Positions 15,994 through 24,278 of a stretch of 26,910 bases of DNA are shown here, in pieces. The stretch comes from Actinomycetes bacterium (lineage in GTDB: Bacteria; Actinomycetota; Thermoleophilia; Solirubrobacterales; Solirubrobacteraceae), in contig JBAXGJ010000001.1 in NCBI GenBank assembly GCA_037139475.1, forward strand, positions 1 to 26,910. Reading direction: 5' to 3'. Position numbers and translations under genes: made by a program. Every line of letters starts with the position of its first letter. The first letter of the stretch is position 1. Below the pieces are notes generated by a model. It was not told where the DNA came from. It was given only the letters and a program-made list of their open reading frames with translations, and ran no database searches.

Positions 15994-18929
15994 CGCAACG
16001 ACCTGCAAATTGCCGGGTGGGCGCAGGTCCCTTCTCTCGTGCAGGTCGTTGGGCGCGGCTCGATCTTGCCGCCGCGAATCGCCCGAGCCGCCTCAAGGGC
16101 TTGGAGGCGAACCTGTTCGAGCAGCTCGGCCAGCTCGTCCGGCGAGATCGAACTCGCGGCCTTCACGGCACTGACATTTGCTTCTTCGAGAGCAAAGCCG
16201 GCGGCGCCACTACTGCCTCCAATCGGCTGGTAGAACGCACCTACTACCTCGACACCCTCAAAGAGCTTCCCGTAGGCCAGCGCATAGAGCGCTGCTTGGA
16301 TGTTGCGCTGCTCGATCCACTTGCCCCAGGCGACCTGGCTCGAGCGACCCTTGTAGTCAATGACAACCGCTTCGTCGCCATTGCGGTCAACGCGGTCGAT
16401 CCGTCCGCGCAGCAGCAGGCCGTCGCCAAGATCGGCCTCCGGGAGCGCCGCATCGGGGCCGAACTGAAGCTCGAGTTCATCGGCGATGAATTCGTTCTCA
16501 GCCAATGCCTCGGCCTCTAAGTAACGCGTGATGTCGGCGATCACGCGTGCTCGGCGAGCGATCCGGCGGTCAGGGTCGTTCGCGAGCCGCTCGGTGGCCT
16601 CCTTCTCTTCAACGGCCGCGGCCGCGCGAGCCACTGCGTCGTCCAAAGTTGCTTCGCTGAGCGGCTGATCTAAGCCTGTGTACGCAGCCTCGAGCGCAAA
16701 GTGAACAATCCGGCCCCGAGCGCGAGGCTGATCCTCGGCTTCGAGCCCTTCTGGGCGCAGCAGGCTTTCAACCATCCAGCGAACCGGGCACGAGAGGTAG
16801 CGCTCAAGCGTCGTCGGTGAGAACGACTCGGTCGCCGCAAGTCGCTCCAGAACCGCGGCCGAAGTGAATGCTCGCGCTGGCTGCTCAGGCATCGCCGTCG
16901 CGACCGCTGCAGCAACCGCAGCCTGGCGCGCGCTGACGAGGTCGTTCTCTCCCCAGGCCAGCGAGCCTCGCTCGCGCTCTCGTGGCTGCGGCCAAGAGTC
17001 AACAGCGGCGCGAATGTCGGCCACAAAAGGGGACACCAGCCTTTCGGAGCCGTCTTCGCCGCTCGACGACCACGAGACCACGAGCAGTTCGGTTGGCCTC
17101 GAGACTGCCGAGTAGAGCAGGTAGCGCTCCTCTTCCAGCGTCGTCTCGTGCTGATGGAGCGCCAGGCCTGCCGCCTGCGCGAGCTCAATGCGCGTGGCGT
17201 CTGGGAGGATCGACGCGCGCCCGGTCGCGCGCGGGAAGACGCCCTCGATCAGACGGCATAGGAAGAGTGCCCGCACGCGCCGAGCGCGAATCTCCAGCGG
17301 GCTGGCGATTCTGACCGTGCCCGCCAGCGCGCCGTCGCCGGAGCGGACTTCGACCGCCTCGAGCAAGGCCGCGAGGTCATCAATTGCTGGAGCGAGCTGC
17401 GCGTCGCGTTCGACCAACACTGCCAGCGCGTCGAGCTGCCCGATCAGGGCCGCAGCAGCGCGAGCGTCGAGCTCGCGCTCGGCGCTAAAGATCGGCGCCT
17501 CGTCGGTCTCATCTTGCTGCCAAGGCGCGCGCACGAGCCGCCGCGCCTTGGCGGCGAGCTCTGCGTAGAGTGCCCCGCCGTCGGCCTCAATTGCGGCGCG
17601 CGTCTGATCAATTGCCTCCAGCGGGAAGCCCGGAACGATCTGCTCCCAGACCTCGCGTGCCCTTTCGGCATCATCGATTCCGCCCTGCCGCAGCTTCGCT
17701 TCGAGCGAGTCGACTAGACCCTCTCTCCGCACTACTCCAGGCGCGCGTAGCCATGCGAGAAGATCGTTCGCGCTGCCGCTCCCGGATGCGCAGCGAAGCA
17801 GAGCGACCAGTGCCCTCCCTGTCGAGACCTCGCCCGCCCGCACCCAGCGCTCTAGCGCGAACGGGATTCCAGCATCAGTGAAGACTTCAGCGATGAGCGG
17901 CCCGGCGCTGCGAACATCGCGAACGGCGACAGCAATCTGATCCCAATCGAGCCCCTGCTTATGGTGGAGCCGTTGAATCCGCTCGGCGACAAGCTCTATC
18001 TCAGCGCGCTCGTCGCCGCCGATCAGCAGCTCCAGCGCAGCGTCCTCGCCGGCAGCCAGCGTTGCTGGCTGGGCGGCGCTGTCAAAGAGCGCGCGCTCGA
18101 TCTCAAACAACTGCTGCGGGCGCGTTGAACCGGCGCCGCTTGGGGCAACCGCCGGCAGCGCGAGCACCTCTTCGGCAGCGGCCGCGAGCCTGGTGAAAGC
18201 TCTTTCGCGGCCGGCGAAAGCAATTCTCTCTTCCTCGTATGGCAGCGAAACCATCACCTGCGAGCCATCTCCCGCAGCCACAGCTTCGATCGCATCAAGC
18301 TGAGGGTCGGTGAAGTCGTCGAAGCCGTATAGGAAAACTGGCGTCGCCTGCCAAAGAGTTGTGTCGGCTACGAGCGCGTCGCAAACGGCGCGCGCGTAGG
18401 CGGCGGGGTCGAGCGCGCCGACCCGTTCGATTCGTTCGCGGTAAGCGCCATAGAGCGCCGCGAGATCGTCTGCGTAGCCCTTGCGTGCAGGTACCGCGGC
18501 GACCCAACGCGCCGCTGCCGCTGAGAATTCGCGCGGCCCTACGGCACGCTCGCCAAGCTCCGCGGCTAGCTCAGCCAGCGCCCTAGCGAAGCCGGCCGTC
18601 ACGGCTGAGCCTGCGAGCGGGCCGAGGCGCCCAGCGTCGGCCAGCGAGAGTGAGGATGCACGCGCAGCTAGCGTGGTTAGAAGTTGGCTGGCCGGCCGCG
18701 CGCTAATTCCGGAGCGCTCAGCCATCCGTCGCTGCAGCCCCTGGAAGCGCTCAACTTGCAGCCCAAGCCCCGACCCGCCTGCCAGCTCGCGCCGGTAGGC
18801 ATCAACGTCGGCGGCAGTTGGCACTACAAGAATCGGCGAGTGCCCTGCGGCCACCGAGTCGCGCACGGCGCCGAGGATCAGCGCCGCCTTCTCAGCGTTG
18901 GCAGGCCCTGTAACGAGTTTCAGCGGCAT
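15990..18929 (-). CDS. addB: AddB/RexB-type subunit (degenerate helicase fold plus PD-(D/E)XK nuclease)
   Basis: 979 aa. Degenerate N-terminal P-loop (VTGPANAEKA). Nuclease motifs RGRIDRVD, IDYKG and QAALYALA. Cys in SPTTLERYLSCP plus three C-terminal Cys. Directly overlaps addA. Confidence 0.85.
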   Translation of the reverse strand: MPLKLVTGPANAEKAALILGAVRDSVAAGHSPILVVPTAADVDAYRRELAGGSGLGLQVERFQGLQRRMAERSGISARPASQLLTTLAARASSLSLADAGRLGPLAGSAVTAGFARALAELAAELGERAVGPREFSAAAARWVAAVPARKGYADDLAALYGAYRERIERVGALDPAAYARAVCDALVADTTLWQATPVFLYGFDDFTDPQLDAIEAVAAGDGSQVMVSLPYEEERIAFAGRERAFTRLAAAAEEVLALPAVAPSGAGSTRPQQLFEIERALFDSAAQPATLAAGEDAALELLIGGDERAEIELVAERIQRLHHKQGLDWDQIAVAVRDVRSAGPLIAEVFTDAGIPFALERWVRAGEVSTGRALVALLRCASGSGSANDLLAWLRAPGVVRREGLVDSLEAKLRQGGIDDAERAREVWEQIVPGFPLEAIDQTRAAIEADGGALYAELAAKARRLVRAPWQQDETDEAPIFSAERELDARAAAALIGQLDALAVLVERDAQLAPAIDDLAALLEAVEVRSGDGALAGTVRIASPLEIRARRVRALFLCRLIEGVFPRATGRASILPDATRIELAQAAGLALHQHETTLEEERYLLYSAVSRPTELLVVSWSSSGEDGSERLVSPFVADIRAAVDSWPQPRERERGSLAWGENDLVSARQAAVAAAVATAMPEQPARAFTSAAVLERLAATESFSPTTLERYLSCPVRWMVESLLRPEGLEAEDQPRARGRIVHFALEAAYTGLDQPLSEATLDDAVARAAAAVEEKEATERLANDPDRRIARRARVIADITRYLEAEALAENEFIADELELQFGPDAALPEADLGDGLLLRGRIDRVDRNGDEAVVIDYKGRSSQVAWGKWIEQRNIQAALYALAYGKLFEGVEVVGAFYQPIGGSSGAAGFALEEANVSAVKAASSISPDELAELLEQVRLQALEAARAIRGGKIEPRPTTCTREGTCAHPAICRSLR

Positions 18930-18981
18930 TCGAAGTTGGTCGCCGCCGACCGGGAGAAACTGACGCGCCTAAGGCGCAGGC

Positions 18982-21267
18982 TCAAGCGGCCTCGTCGGCG
19001 GAGTCGTCGCCGCCGGCCTTGGCGGCCTTCGCCGCTTCGGCCTCAGCGATTGCGTCGGCATCAGCAGTTGCGTCCTCGGCGGCCGGCGCCTTCGCGCCCT
19101 CCTTCGCCCAAGCCTCGTCAAACTCGACCCGCCATTTGCCTTCGTCTGATTGCTGCAGCGCGAGCTTGGCGCGGAACGAGCGGCCGCTGCGACCCTTGAA
19201 GCCGGCAACCTGCTTTTCGGTGCGGCCGGTCGCGATCAGCTCGCGCGCTATCGCCGCCGGAAGCTGCTTACCAACCTTGCCCTTCCAGATCACGAAGCCG
19301 CAGCCTGGATCTTCGCGCGCCCAGCAGGAGTAGCCCTTGCGGTTTTCGATGATGTCGGCGCCGCAGACCGGGCACGGCCCGAGGTTGGCGCGCGGAATCT
19401 TGACGTCTTTGAGTTTCGTGTCGAGCTCGTTGATCGTGCCGACCGCGAACTCCTTGATGTCGGCCATGAACTTCTTGCGCGTCTCTGTCCCTTCTTGAAT
19501 CTCGCCTAGGCGGTGCTCCCACTCGCCGGTCAGCGCTGGCTCGGTCAGTGGATGGCCGTCGAGCAAGCGGATTACGTTCATCCCCTTCTCCGTCGGCACC
19601 AGCGCGCGACCTTCGCGCTCGATGTAACCAACGTCGATCAGTCGCTCGATGATCGCCGCGCGCGTGGCCGGCGTGCCGATCCCTGATTCCTTCATCGCTT
19701 CGCGCAGCTCATCGTCGTCAACGAGCTTGCCGGCCGTCTCCATAGCGCCAAGCAGCGACGCGTCGGAGTATCGCCTCGGCGGCTTAGTTTCCTTCTCAAG
19801 GGCTTCAACCTCGGTTGTGTCGACCTCTTCGTCGAGCTCAAGCTTCGGCAGCGTCTGGTCGCGGCCTTCGTCTTCTTCGGCTGCGCTCTTCGCCCCGTCG
19901 GCCAGCTCGCCGTAGACGCCGCGCCAGCCCGGAATGATTAGAACCTTGCCGCGGGTACGGAAGACGTGCTCGGAGACGGTCGTCTCAACGCGCGTGTTCT
20001 CAAACTCAGCGTCAGGGTGGAAGATCGCGAGGAAGCGGCGCACTACGAGGTCGTAGATGCGGCGATCGTCGGAGCTCATCTTGTCGAGCTTGTGCTCGGC
20101 GTTGGTCGGGATGATCGCGTGGTGGTCGCCTACCTTCTCATCGTTGACGACGCGGCCGAGCGGCAGCAGGTCAAGGCCAGTGACGTACTCTGCGGCCGCC
20201 GTGTACTCGGAGTCGCGCCCGACCTGCTCGGCGGTTGGCTTGATCTGATCGACCATGTCGGTCGTCAGGTAGCGCGAGTTGGTCCGCGGATATGTGAGCG
20301 CCTTGTGCTCCTCGTAGCAGCGCTGCGCAGCGCCGAGCGTGCGCTTGGCTGAGAAACCGAAGCGCGTGTTGGCGTCGCGCTGAAGCGAAGTGAGGTCGTA
20401 AAGCATCGCCGGCTTTTCGGTCTTCTTTGTCTTGTCGAGCTTCGTGATCTTGCCGCGCTGCCCCTTGACGGCGGCGACGATCTCATCGGCCGAGGCCTGC
20501 TTCTCAATCCGCGGCTTCGCTCCGGCGTGGTAGCGGCCTTCGTACTTGCGGCCGTCGTCGGCCGCAAACTTGGCGTCGACGAGCCAGTAGGCCTCGGGGA
20601 TGAAGGCGCGGATCTCTTCCTCGCGGCGGGTGAGGATCGCCAAAGTGGGAGTCTGCACGCGGCCGAGCGAAACGGCGCCGTCGAATGATGAGCGCAGGCG
20701 GATAGTCGCTGCACGGGTTGCGTTCATGCCGACGATCCAGTCGGCCTCGGAGCGCGAGCGGGCAGCTTCCTCAAGCAGTGCGAATTCGCTTGAGGGGCGC
20801 AGATTCTCAAGCGCTTCGCGCATTGCCGATTCCGTCATCGAGGAGAGCCAGAGGCGCTCGACCGGCTTCTTTGAGCCGGCCTTCTCGTACAGATAGGCGA
20901 AGATCAGCTCGCCTTCGCGGCCAGCGTCGCAGGCGTTGACGACGAGATCAACCTCATCGCTGCGCAGATATTCACGGACAACCTTCATCTGCTTCTGCGA
21001 GCGCTCGTCGCGCACTTCAAGCTTGAACTTGGTTGGAACTATCGGCAGGTCGGCCATCCGCCACTTCTTGAACTTCTCGTCGTACTGGTCTGGATCAGCG
21101 AGCGAAACGAGGTGGCCGACAGCCCAGCTGATGATGTGGTCGGGGCCTTCGAGGGCGCGGGATCGCTTCTCGCCGGTGCCGGCTTTCTTCTTGAATGGGC
21201 CGGGCAGAACGCGAGCAAGGTCCTCCCCCACGGAAGGCTTCTCGGCGATGATCAGTGTCTTACCCAT
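18982..21267 (-). CDS. topB: Type IA DNA topoisomerase, topoisomerase III-like
   Basis: 761 aa. TOPRIM IAEKPS and DAGREGE, GRVQTPTL, active-site LTYPRT, HHAIIPT, GIGTPATRA. C-terminal CPVC...C...C zinc ribbon followed by a GFKGRSGRSFRAKL repeat of the TopB C-terminal type. Confidence 0.88.
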   Translation of the reverse strand: MGKTLIIAEKPSVGEDLARVLPGPFKKKAGTGEKRSRALEGPDHIISWAVGHLVSLADPDQYDEKFKKWRMADLPIVPTKFKLEVRDERSQKQMKVVREYLRSDEVDLVVNACDAGREGELIFAYLYEKAGSKKPVERLWLSSMTESAMREALENLRPSSEFALLEEAARSRSEADWIVGMNATRAATIRLRSSFDGAVSLGRVQTPTLAILTRREEEIRAFIPEAYWLVDAKFAADDGRKYEGRYHAGAKPRIEKQASADEIVAAVKGQRGKITKLDKTKKTEKPAMLYDLTSLQRDANTRFGFSAKRTLGAAQRCYEEHKALTYPRTNSRYLTTDMVDQIKPTAEQVGRDSEYTAAAEYVTGLDLLPLGRVVNDEKVGDHHAIIPTNAEHKLDKMSSDDRRIYDLVVRRFLAIFHPDAEFENTRVETTVSEHVFRTRGKVLIIPGWRGVYGELADGAKSAAEEDEGRDQTLPKLELDEEVDTTEVEALEKETKPPRRYSDASLLGAMETAGKLVDDDELREAMKESGIGTPATRAAIIERLIDVGYIEREGRALVPTEKGMNVIRLLDGHPLTEPALTGEWEHRLGEIQEGTETRKKFMADIKEFAVGTINELDTKLKDVKIPRANLGPCPVCGADIIENRKGYSCWAREDPGCGFVIWKGKVGKQLPAAIARELIATGRTEKQVAGFKGRSGRSFRAKLALQQSDEGKWRVEFDEAWAKEGAKAPAAEDATADADAIAEAEAAKAAKAGGDDSADEAA

Positions 21268-21351
21268 CGCGCCGCAGCGTAGCGGCCTGCCCGACCGAAC
21301 CTAATCTGACCACCACGGGAGCTACCTTAAAATGCCGGTCGCGGCCAACCA

Positions 21352-23103
21352 ATGAGCGAGAAGCCAAACCAGCCACGAGCAAGACGACCGGACCCGAACG
21401 CGCGCTCGAAAGCGAACCGCTCAGATGCGCAGAAGCGAAACGATCTGTTGCGTCGCCGCGCGTTTCCCGTAGCGATCATCGCCGGGCTGGCATTCCTCTT
21501 CGGTGCGATCGCCGGGGCCTCGTCAGGCGCTGCCGGCGAAAACGAGGTCCGCGCCTACGCCCAGGCTTGGTCGAAGGCCGACTGGGCAACGATGTACGCC
21601 CAGCTGAGCAAGCAGACGCAGCAGAGCACGCCGCTGCTCGACTTCGCTCAGTCGAATAGGACGACGCTCGCGACAGCAACAGCAGGCGAGCGTTCGGTCA
21701 AGGCGGGAGAGCCTCAGGAAGTCGGCGACGGCCGCTGGAAGGTCCCGCTGACAATCCGCACGCGAATTTTCGGCACCGTGCGCGGCGACGTCACACTGCA
21801 GACGGTCGAAGACGGCGACAACACGAAGATCGCTTGGATCCCTTCAAACGCTTTCCCCGACCTAGCACCCGGCCAACAGCTAACGCGCAACACGACAATG
21901 CCCGAGCGCGGTTCGCTACTAACGAAAGACGGTCAGGTTCTAGCTGAGGGCCCGACGCGAACTTCAGCGGTTCCTGCAATCTCCACTGAGGTGGTTGGAC
22001 AGCTCGGGCCGGTCCCAACCGAGCGGGCGCTCGAGATCAACGCGCTTGGCATCCCACCCGACGCGCAGGTCGGAATCTCAGGCCTAGAGCTGATCTTTCA
22101 GCCGCAACTGGCGGGCCTTCCGTCAGGCACGCTCAGCGCCGGGAACCGCATGATTGCTCGCTCGGCTGGGAGCCCCGGCGAGAAGGTCAGGACGACAATC
22201 GTTCCCAGCGTTGAGCAGGCAGCGATCCTCGCGATGTCGGGCCGCCAAGGCGGGGTCGTCGCGCTGAATCCACGCGATGGTGCGGTTGAAGCGTTCGCCG
22301 GCCAGGCCTTCTCGCTACTGCAGCCGCCGGGCTCGACCTTCAAGCTGATCACGACCGCGGGTGCGCTTGATGCAGGGATCGCCAGCGCCAAGTCGACCTA
22401 CCCGTATCAATCAGCGACTGAGCTTTCCGGCTTCAGGCTCTCGAACGCCGGCGGCGAAGTATGCGGCGGCACGCTGGCAGAGGCCTTCGCGGTCTCTTGT
22501 AACTCAGTATTCGCTCCGCTCGGCGCAAAGCTCGGCTCGGCCAAGCTCGTCGCGGCCGCCCAGCGCTTCGGCTTCAACCATCTATCAGCTATTCCCGGGG
22601 CGGCGCAGAGCACAATCCCGCTCGAGCTCGGTGACGAGCTAAATACGGGCTCGTCGGCGATCGGCCAGGGCCAAGTTCAGGCCAGTGCGCTGCAGATGGC
22701 GCTGGTCGCGGCGACCGTCGCGCGGCGCGGCCGCTTGGTGACCCCGACGCTCAGCCAGGAAACGGCCGACAAGACGAAATCATCGAGCGGTGCACAGGCA
22801 ATCAAGAACACGACCGCGAGGACGCTCGAGCAATTTATGATCGGCGTTGTCCGCGGCGGCACGGGTACCGCGGCCGCTATCCCCGGAGTAACTGTTGCCG
22901 GCAAGACCGGCACCGCCGAGCTGCGTTCGCCAAGCGAACAGCCGGAGGACACCGACGCCTGGTTCGTCGCCTTCGCGCCTGCCAACAAAGCGAAGATCGC
23001 CAGTAGCGCGGTTGGCGTGATGTTCGTCGGCGCCGGCGCCGGCGGCGAGACTGCGGCGCCTGCAGCGCGCGGCGTTCTCAGCGCGATGCTCGCTGCGCAC
23101 TAA
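21352..23103 (+). CDS. Penicillin-binding protein (class B-like transpeptidase with N-terminal anchor and NTF2-like domain)
   Basis: 583 aa. Basic N-terminus plus a TM segment (AFPVAIIAGLAFLFGAIAG). Catalytic motifs SxxK (STFK), SxN (SCN) and KTG (KTGTAE) are all intact. No transglycosylase motifs seen. Confidence 0.9.
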   Translation: MSEKPNQPRARRPDPNARSKANRSDAQKRNDLLRRRAFPVAIIAGLAFLFGAIAGASSGAAGENEVRAYAQAWSKADWATMYAQLSKQTQQSTPLLDFAQSNRTTLATATAGERSVKAGEPQEVGDGRWKVPLTIRTRIFGTVRGDVTLQTVEDGDNTKIAWIPSNAFPDLAPGQQLTRNTTMPERGSLLTKDGQVLAEGPTRTSAVPAISTEVVGQLGPVPTERALEINALGIPPDAQVGISGLELIFQPQLAGLPSGTLSAGNRMIARSAGSPGEKVRTTIVPSVEQAAILAMSGRQGGVVALNPRDGAVEAFAGQAFSLLQPPGSTFKLITTAGALDAGIASAKSTYPYQSATELSGFRLSNAGGEVCGGTLAEAFAVSCNSVFAPLGAKLGSAKLVAAAQRFGFNHLSAIPGAAQSTIPLELGDELNTGSSAIGQGQVQASALQMALVAATVARRGRLVTPTLSQETADKTKSSSGAQAIKNTTARTLEQFMIGVVRGGTGTAAAIPGVTVAGKTGTAELRSPSEQPEDTDAWFVAFAPANKAKIASSAVGVMFVGAGAGGETAAPAARGVLSAMLAAH

Positions 23104-23663
23104 ACGTCGAGCGTGACGCTGGCCTTCTTGCCCGGCACGGCGCTGCTGCGGATCTCAAGCTCCAGCGGCCGGTAGTCGAGCGCCGAGTGTGGAAGCTTGA
23201 AGATTAGGATCGCGCCGGTCGTCGGCAAGTTTGCGGCAGCGCTATTGGGGTACGGATACTGACCGCCGTTGGCCAGCACCGGCGCCGTGCGGAAGACAAG
23301 CTTGTTCGACCCACTGACCGGCAGCGGCATGAACTCATCATCGTGCGTGTCGATGATTTTGAACTCATCGGCTGTCGGCGCAATCGAGTCGCTGCTGTTG
23401 GTCACCCGAACCCAAACCCCAAACCAGAGGTCTTCGGTTCCTAGCGAAGCGTCGGTCGGAGCGATACCGGCGAGCAGATCGCGGTCGCCGGCGTCAACTG
23501 GGTTGAGCTGACGTGACATCTGAACTTGGTACTGAAGGTTGCCGAGCGTCACGTAGATCGCCTCTGATTCACCGGCCGTTACGGTCGCTTGCTTGTCACC
23601 ACATCCGCTCGCTGCGGTCGCGGCGATTGCGACGAGGCCGAGGGCTAGGGCGCGACGGAGCAT
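23100..23663 (-). CDS. Putative lipoprotein of unknown function (beta-rich, possibly DUF4352-like)
   Basis: 187 aa from the ATG at 23663, with GGAG 5 nt upstream (GTG at 23699 is an alternative start). Signal peptide MLRRALALGLVAIAATAASG-C with a lipobox-like ASGC. The WFGVWVRVTNSS...FKIID pattern resembles Ig-like DUF4352 lipoproteins (from memory). Confidence 0.75.
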   Translation of the reverse strand: MLRRALALGLVAIAATAASGCGDKQATVTAGESEAIYVTLGNLQYQVQMSRQLNPVDAGDRDLLAGIAPTDASLGTEDLWFGVWVRVTNSSDSIAPTADEFKIIDTHDDEFMPLPVSGSNKLVFRTAPVLANGGQYPYPNSAAANLPTTGAILIFKLPHSALDYRPLELEIRSSAVPGKKASVTLDV

Positions 23664-23702
23664 TGCGGCTCCGGACTGTATTTGGTTGCGCCGCGGCACG
23701 AC

Positions 23703-24227
23703 TTAAGCGCGCAGACCTGTCGCTGGCTTGCGCGCGCCGCCAGAGATCGTCGCCCGTGGGCCACGGTCGCGGTCGTGCTCAAGAATTCGTGAAAGCCGCT
23801 TCAGCGCTTTGCGCCAGCCGCGCTGGCGAGCTCGGTCTTGGCCCAGCGCGCCAACGATCCTGTCACTCGGGAAGACCGGCCTTGTTTCAACCGTCAGCGT
23901 GACCGCCGTGCCACCGTCGCCGTCCTCGCTTAGCTCGAACGCGGTGAGCGTGCGAATCCGGTTGTACTTGCCGCCGCAGCCTACGAGCACGATTAGCCGA
24001 GGAGGCGTGTATTCAACGATCGCCATGTCTCCCCAACCGAAGCGATCAAAACGAAGGTCCTCGTGGAAACGACCACCAGCCCCGAGCCCGAAGGTCTCCT
24101 CGCGCGTCATCCGCCAGTCGGTCAGAAAATGCTCGGTGAACTCCGAGTAGTTCGCCAGATCAGAGAGGTAGTCGAAGACGACGGCCACCGGCTGGTCGAT
24201 CCTCTGGGAAATCGTGAAGGGCTGCAT
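23703..24227 (-). CDS. SRPBCC (START-like) family protein
   Basis: 174 aa. N-terminal ISQRIDQPVAVVFDYLSDLANYSEF, internal GLGAGGRF, beta-rich middle and C-terminal helix (RKALKRLSRILE), typical of SRPBCC/polyketide cyclase folds. Confidence 0.8.
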   Translation of the reverse strand: MQPFTISQRIDQPVAVVFDYLSDLANYSEFTEHFLTDWRMTREETFGLGAGGRFHEDLRFDRFGWGDMAIVEYTPPRLIVLVGCGGKYNRIRTLTAFELSEDGDGGTAVTLTVETRPVFPSDRIVGALGQDRARQRGWRKALKRLSRILEHDRDRGPRATISGGARKPATGLRA

Positions 24228-24278
24228 TGCGAGCCGCAGTCTATCGACGGGACGGCCCGAAAAGCGTTGCGACTGAGG

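Noticed and set aside
13487-17881. Multiple Arg/Ser/Pro-rich plus-strand ORFs over addA/addB (e.g. 13487-14143, 13935-14582, 16017-16520)
   Set aside because: Composition typical of off-frame GC-rich translation; they overlap strongly supported genes.
12460-18929. Helicase plus nuclease pair as an anti-phage defence system or AdnAB
   Set aside because: Size, order, ATGA coupling and motif layout fit housekeeping AddAB. The context is core metabolism with no defence-island or mobility genes. Only one subunit has an intact motor.
18982-21267. topB as a marker of a conjugative element
   Set aside because: No relaxase, T4SS, integrase, att-like repeats or evident compositional shift; flanked by core genes.
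21276-21296. PafBC/RecA-NDp-like or LexA (SOS) site upstream of topB or addB
   Set aside because: GGTCGG-N9-TACGCT deviates from TGTCGG-N10-TANNNT in both sequence and spacing, and no CGAAC-N4-GTTCG box was found.
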